DNA of 41,975 nucleotides. It comes from Savitreella phatthalungensis (lineage: Eukaryota). Below are positions 41,691 to 41,975 of this stretch, one piece after another. The DNA lies in NCBI GenBank assembly GCA_051599415.1, contig AP039697.1:496001-537975 (forward strand). Reading direction: 5' to 3'. A program made the position numbers and the translations under genes. Under the pieces are notes generated by a model. That model did not search any database. It worked only from the letters and a program-made list of their open reading frames with translations, and was not told the origin of the DNA. Position 1 is the first letter of the stretch; the number at the start of each line of letters is the position of its first letter.

Positions 41691-41745
41691 AAGCGGAGCA
41701 AGGGTTGGGGCATTGGTTAGTTTGACGGCGGTTAGTTTTTGTGGG

Positions 41746-41783
41746 TCAGGGTGAGGGTCAGGGTGAGGGTCAGGGTGAGGGTC

Positions 41784-41787
<4 letters not shown>
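41746..41787 (+). repeat. Proximal telomere-variant repeats: alternating TCAGGG/TGAGGG (7 units)
   Basis: TCAGGG TGAGGG TCAGGG TGAGGG TCAGGG TGAGGG TCAGGG, directly abutting the canonical tract. Confidence 0.92.
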
Positions 41788-41816
<29 letters not shown>

Positions 41817-41898
41817 GGTTAGGGTTAGGGTTAGGGTTAGGGTTAGGGTTAGGGTTAGGGTTAGGGTTAGGGTTAGGGTTAGGGTTAGGGTTAGGGTT
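41788..41898 (+). repeat. Telomere (TTAGGG)n, right chromosome end
   Basis: TTAGGG, TTTAGGG, then 16 x TTAGGG (41801-41896) and a partial unit. The G-rich strand runs 5'->3' toward the end of the window. Confidence 0.97.
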
Positions 41899-41975
41899 AG
41901 GTGCTGTTCTCGCAAAGGCAGAAAGTAGTCTTAACCTTAGCAATACGTAACTGAACGAAGTAGCTACATCATAAG
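41899..41975 (-). other. Sequencing artefact: Oxford Nanopore native barcode NB06 with flanks plus ligation adapter
   Basis: AGGTGCTG (41899-41906) + TTCTCGCAAAGGCAGAAAGTAGTC (41907-41930) + TTAACCTT (41931-41938) + AGCAATACGTAACTGAACGAAGTA (41939-41962). This is the reverse complement of adapter TACTTCGTTCAGTTACGTATTGCT-AAGGTTAA-GACTACTTTCTGCCTTTGCGAGAA-CAGCACCT. Confidence 0.95.

Larger units (their letters stand above)
40020..41745. other. Non-coding subtelomeric (telomere-associated) sequence: CpG-poor, purine-rich on the + strand, low complexity
   Basis: No credible ORFs; abundant GACA/TGCA/CAGT words and few CG; ends at the telomere repeats. Confidence 0.75.

Noticed and set aside
40227..41915. 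Minus-strand ORFs of 60-171 aa in the subtelomere (e.g. 41400..41915 LTLTLT..., 40854..41369)
   Set aside because: They are translations of telomeric and satellite repeats and of pyrimidine-rich low-complexity DNA, with no domain motifs.
41899..41975. Interstitial telomere or novel telomere-capping sequence
   Set aside because: The tail matches the ONT barcode and adapter, so it is technical.

Overview
Gene-dense, almost intron-free fungal (ascomycete) DNA that runs out to a chromosome end. It carries about 23 protein-coding genes, most of them housekeeping: a CSN4 fragment, NOG1, DDI1, MNN10, a class-3 lipase, APS3, HMG-CoA lyase, a FAM214/Atos-like protein, a PPR protein, a Dsf2/Nif1-like Sel1 protein, SDH2, an ING PHD protein, VTI1, SUI2, an MFS transporter, a GH81 Eng1 with 3 CBM52 repeats, a Red5/ZC3H3-like protein and GYP8. 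After them come a short CpG-depleted subtelomere with minisatellites, variant telomere repeats and (TTAGGG)n. The last ~77 bp are an untrimmed Oxford Nanopore native barcode (NB06) plus adapter, i.e. an artefact. A UBL-less Mud1-type Ddi1 and an S. pombe-type Eng1 suggest Taphrinomycotina; this is inference and the species cannot be determined. Most notable: (1) an in-frame fusion of an EXPERA (TMEM97/Ema19-like) membrane domain to the 3-ketosteroid reductase Erg27; (2) a divergent histone H4 variant with a ~139-aa N-terminal extension; (3) a CpG->TpG/CpA decay signature confined to the subtelomere; (4) a spliced small membrane-protein gene that the ORF track misses; (5) a double CBC/HapX-type CCAAT motif upstream of SDH2; (6) a probably frameshifted subtelomeric orphan gene. 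All calls come from reading motifs by eye; no searches were run.
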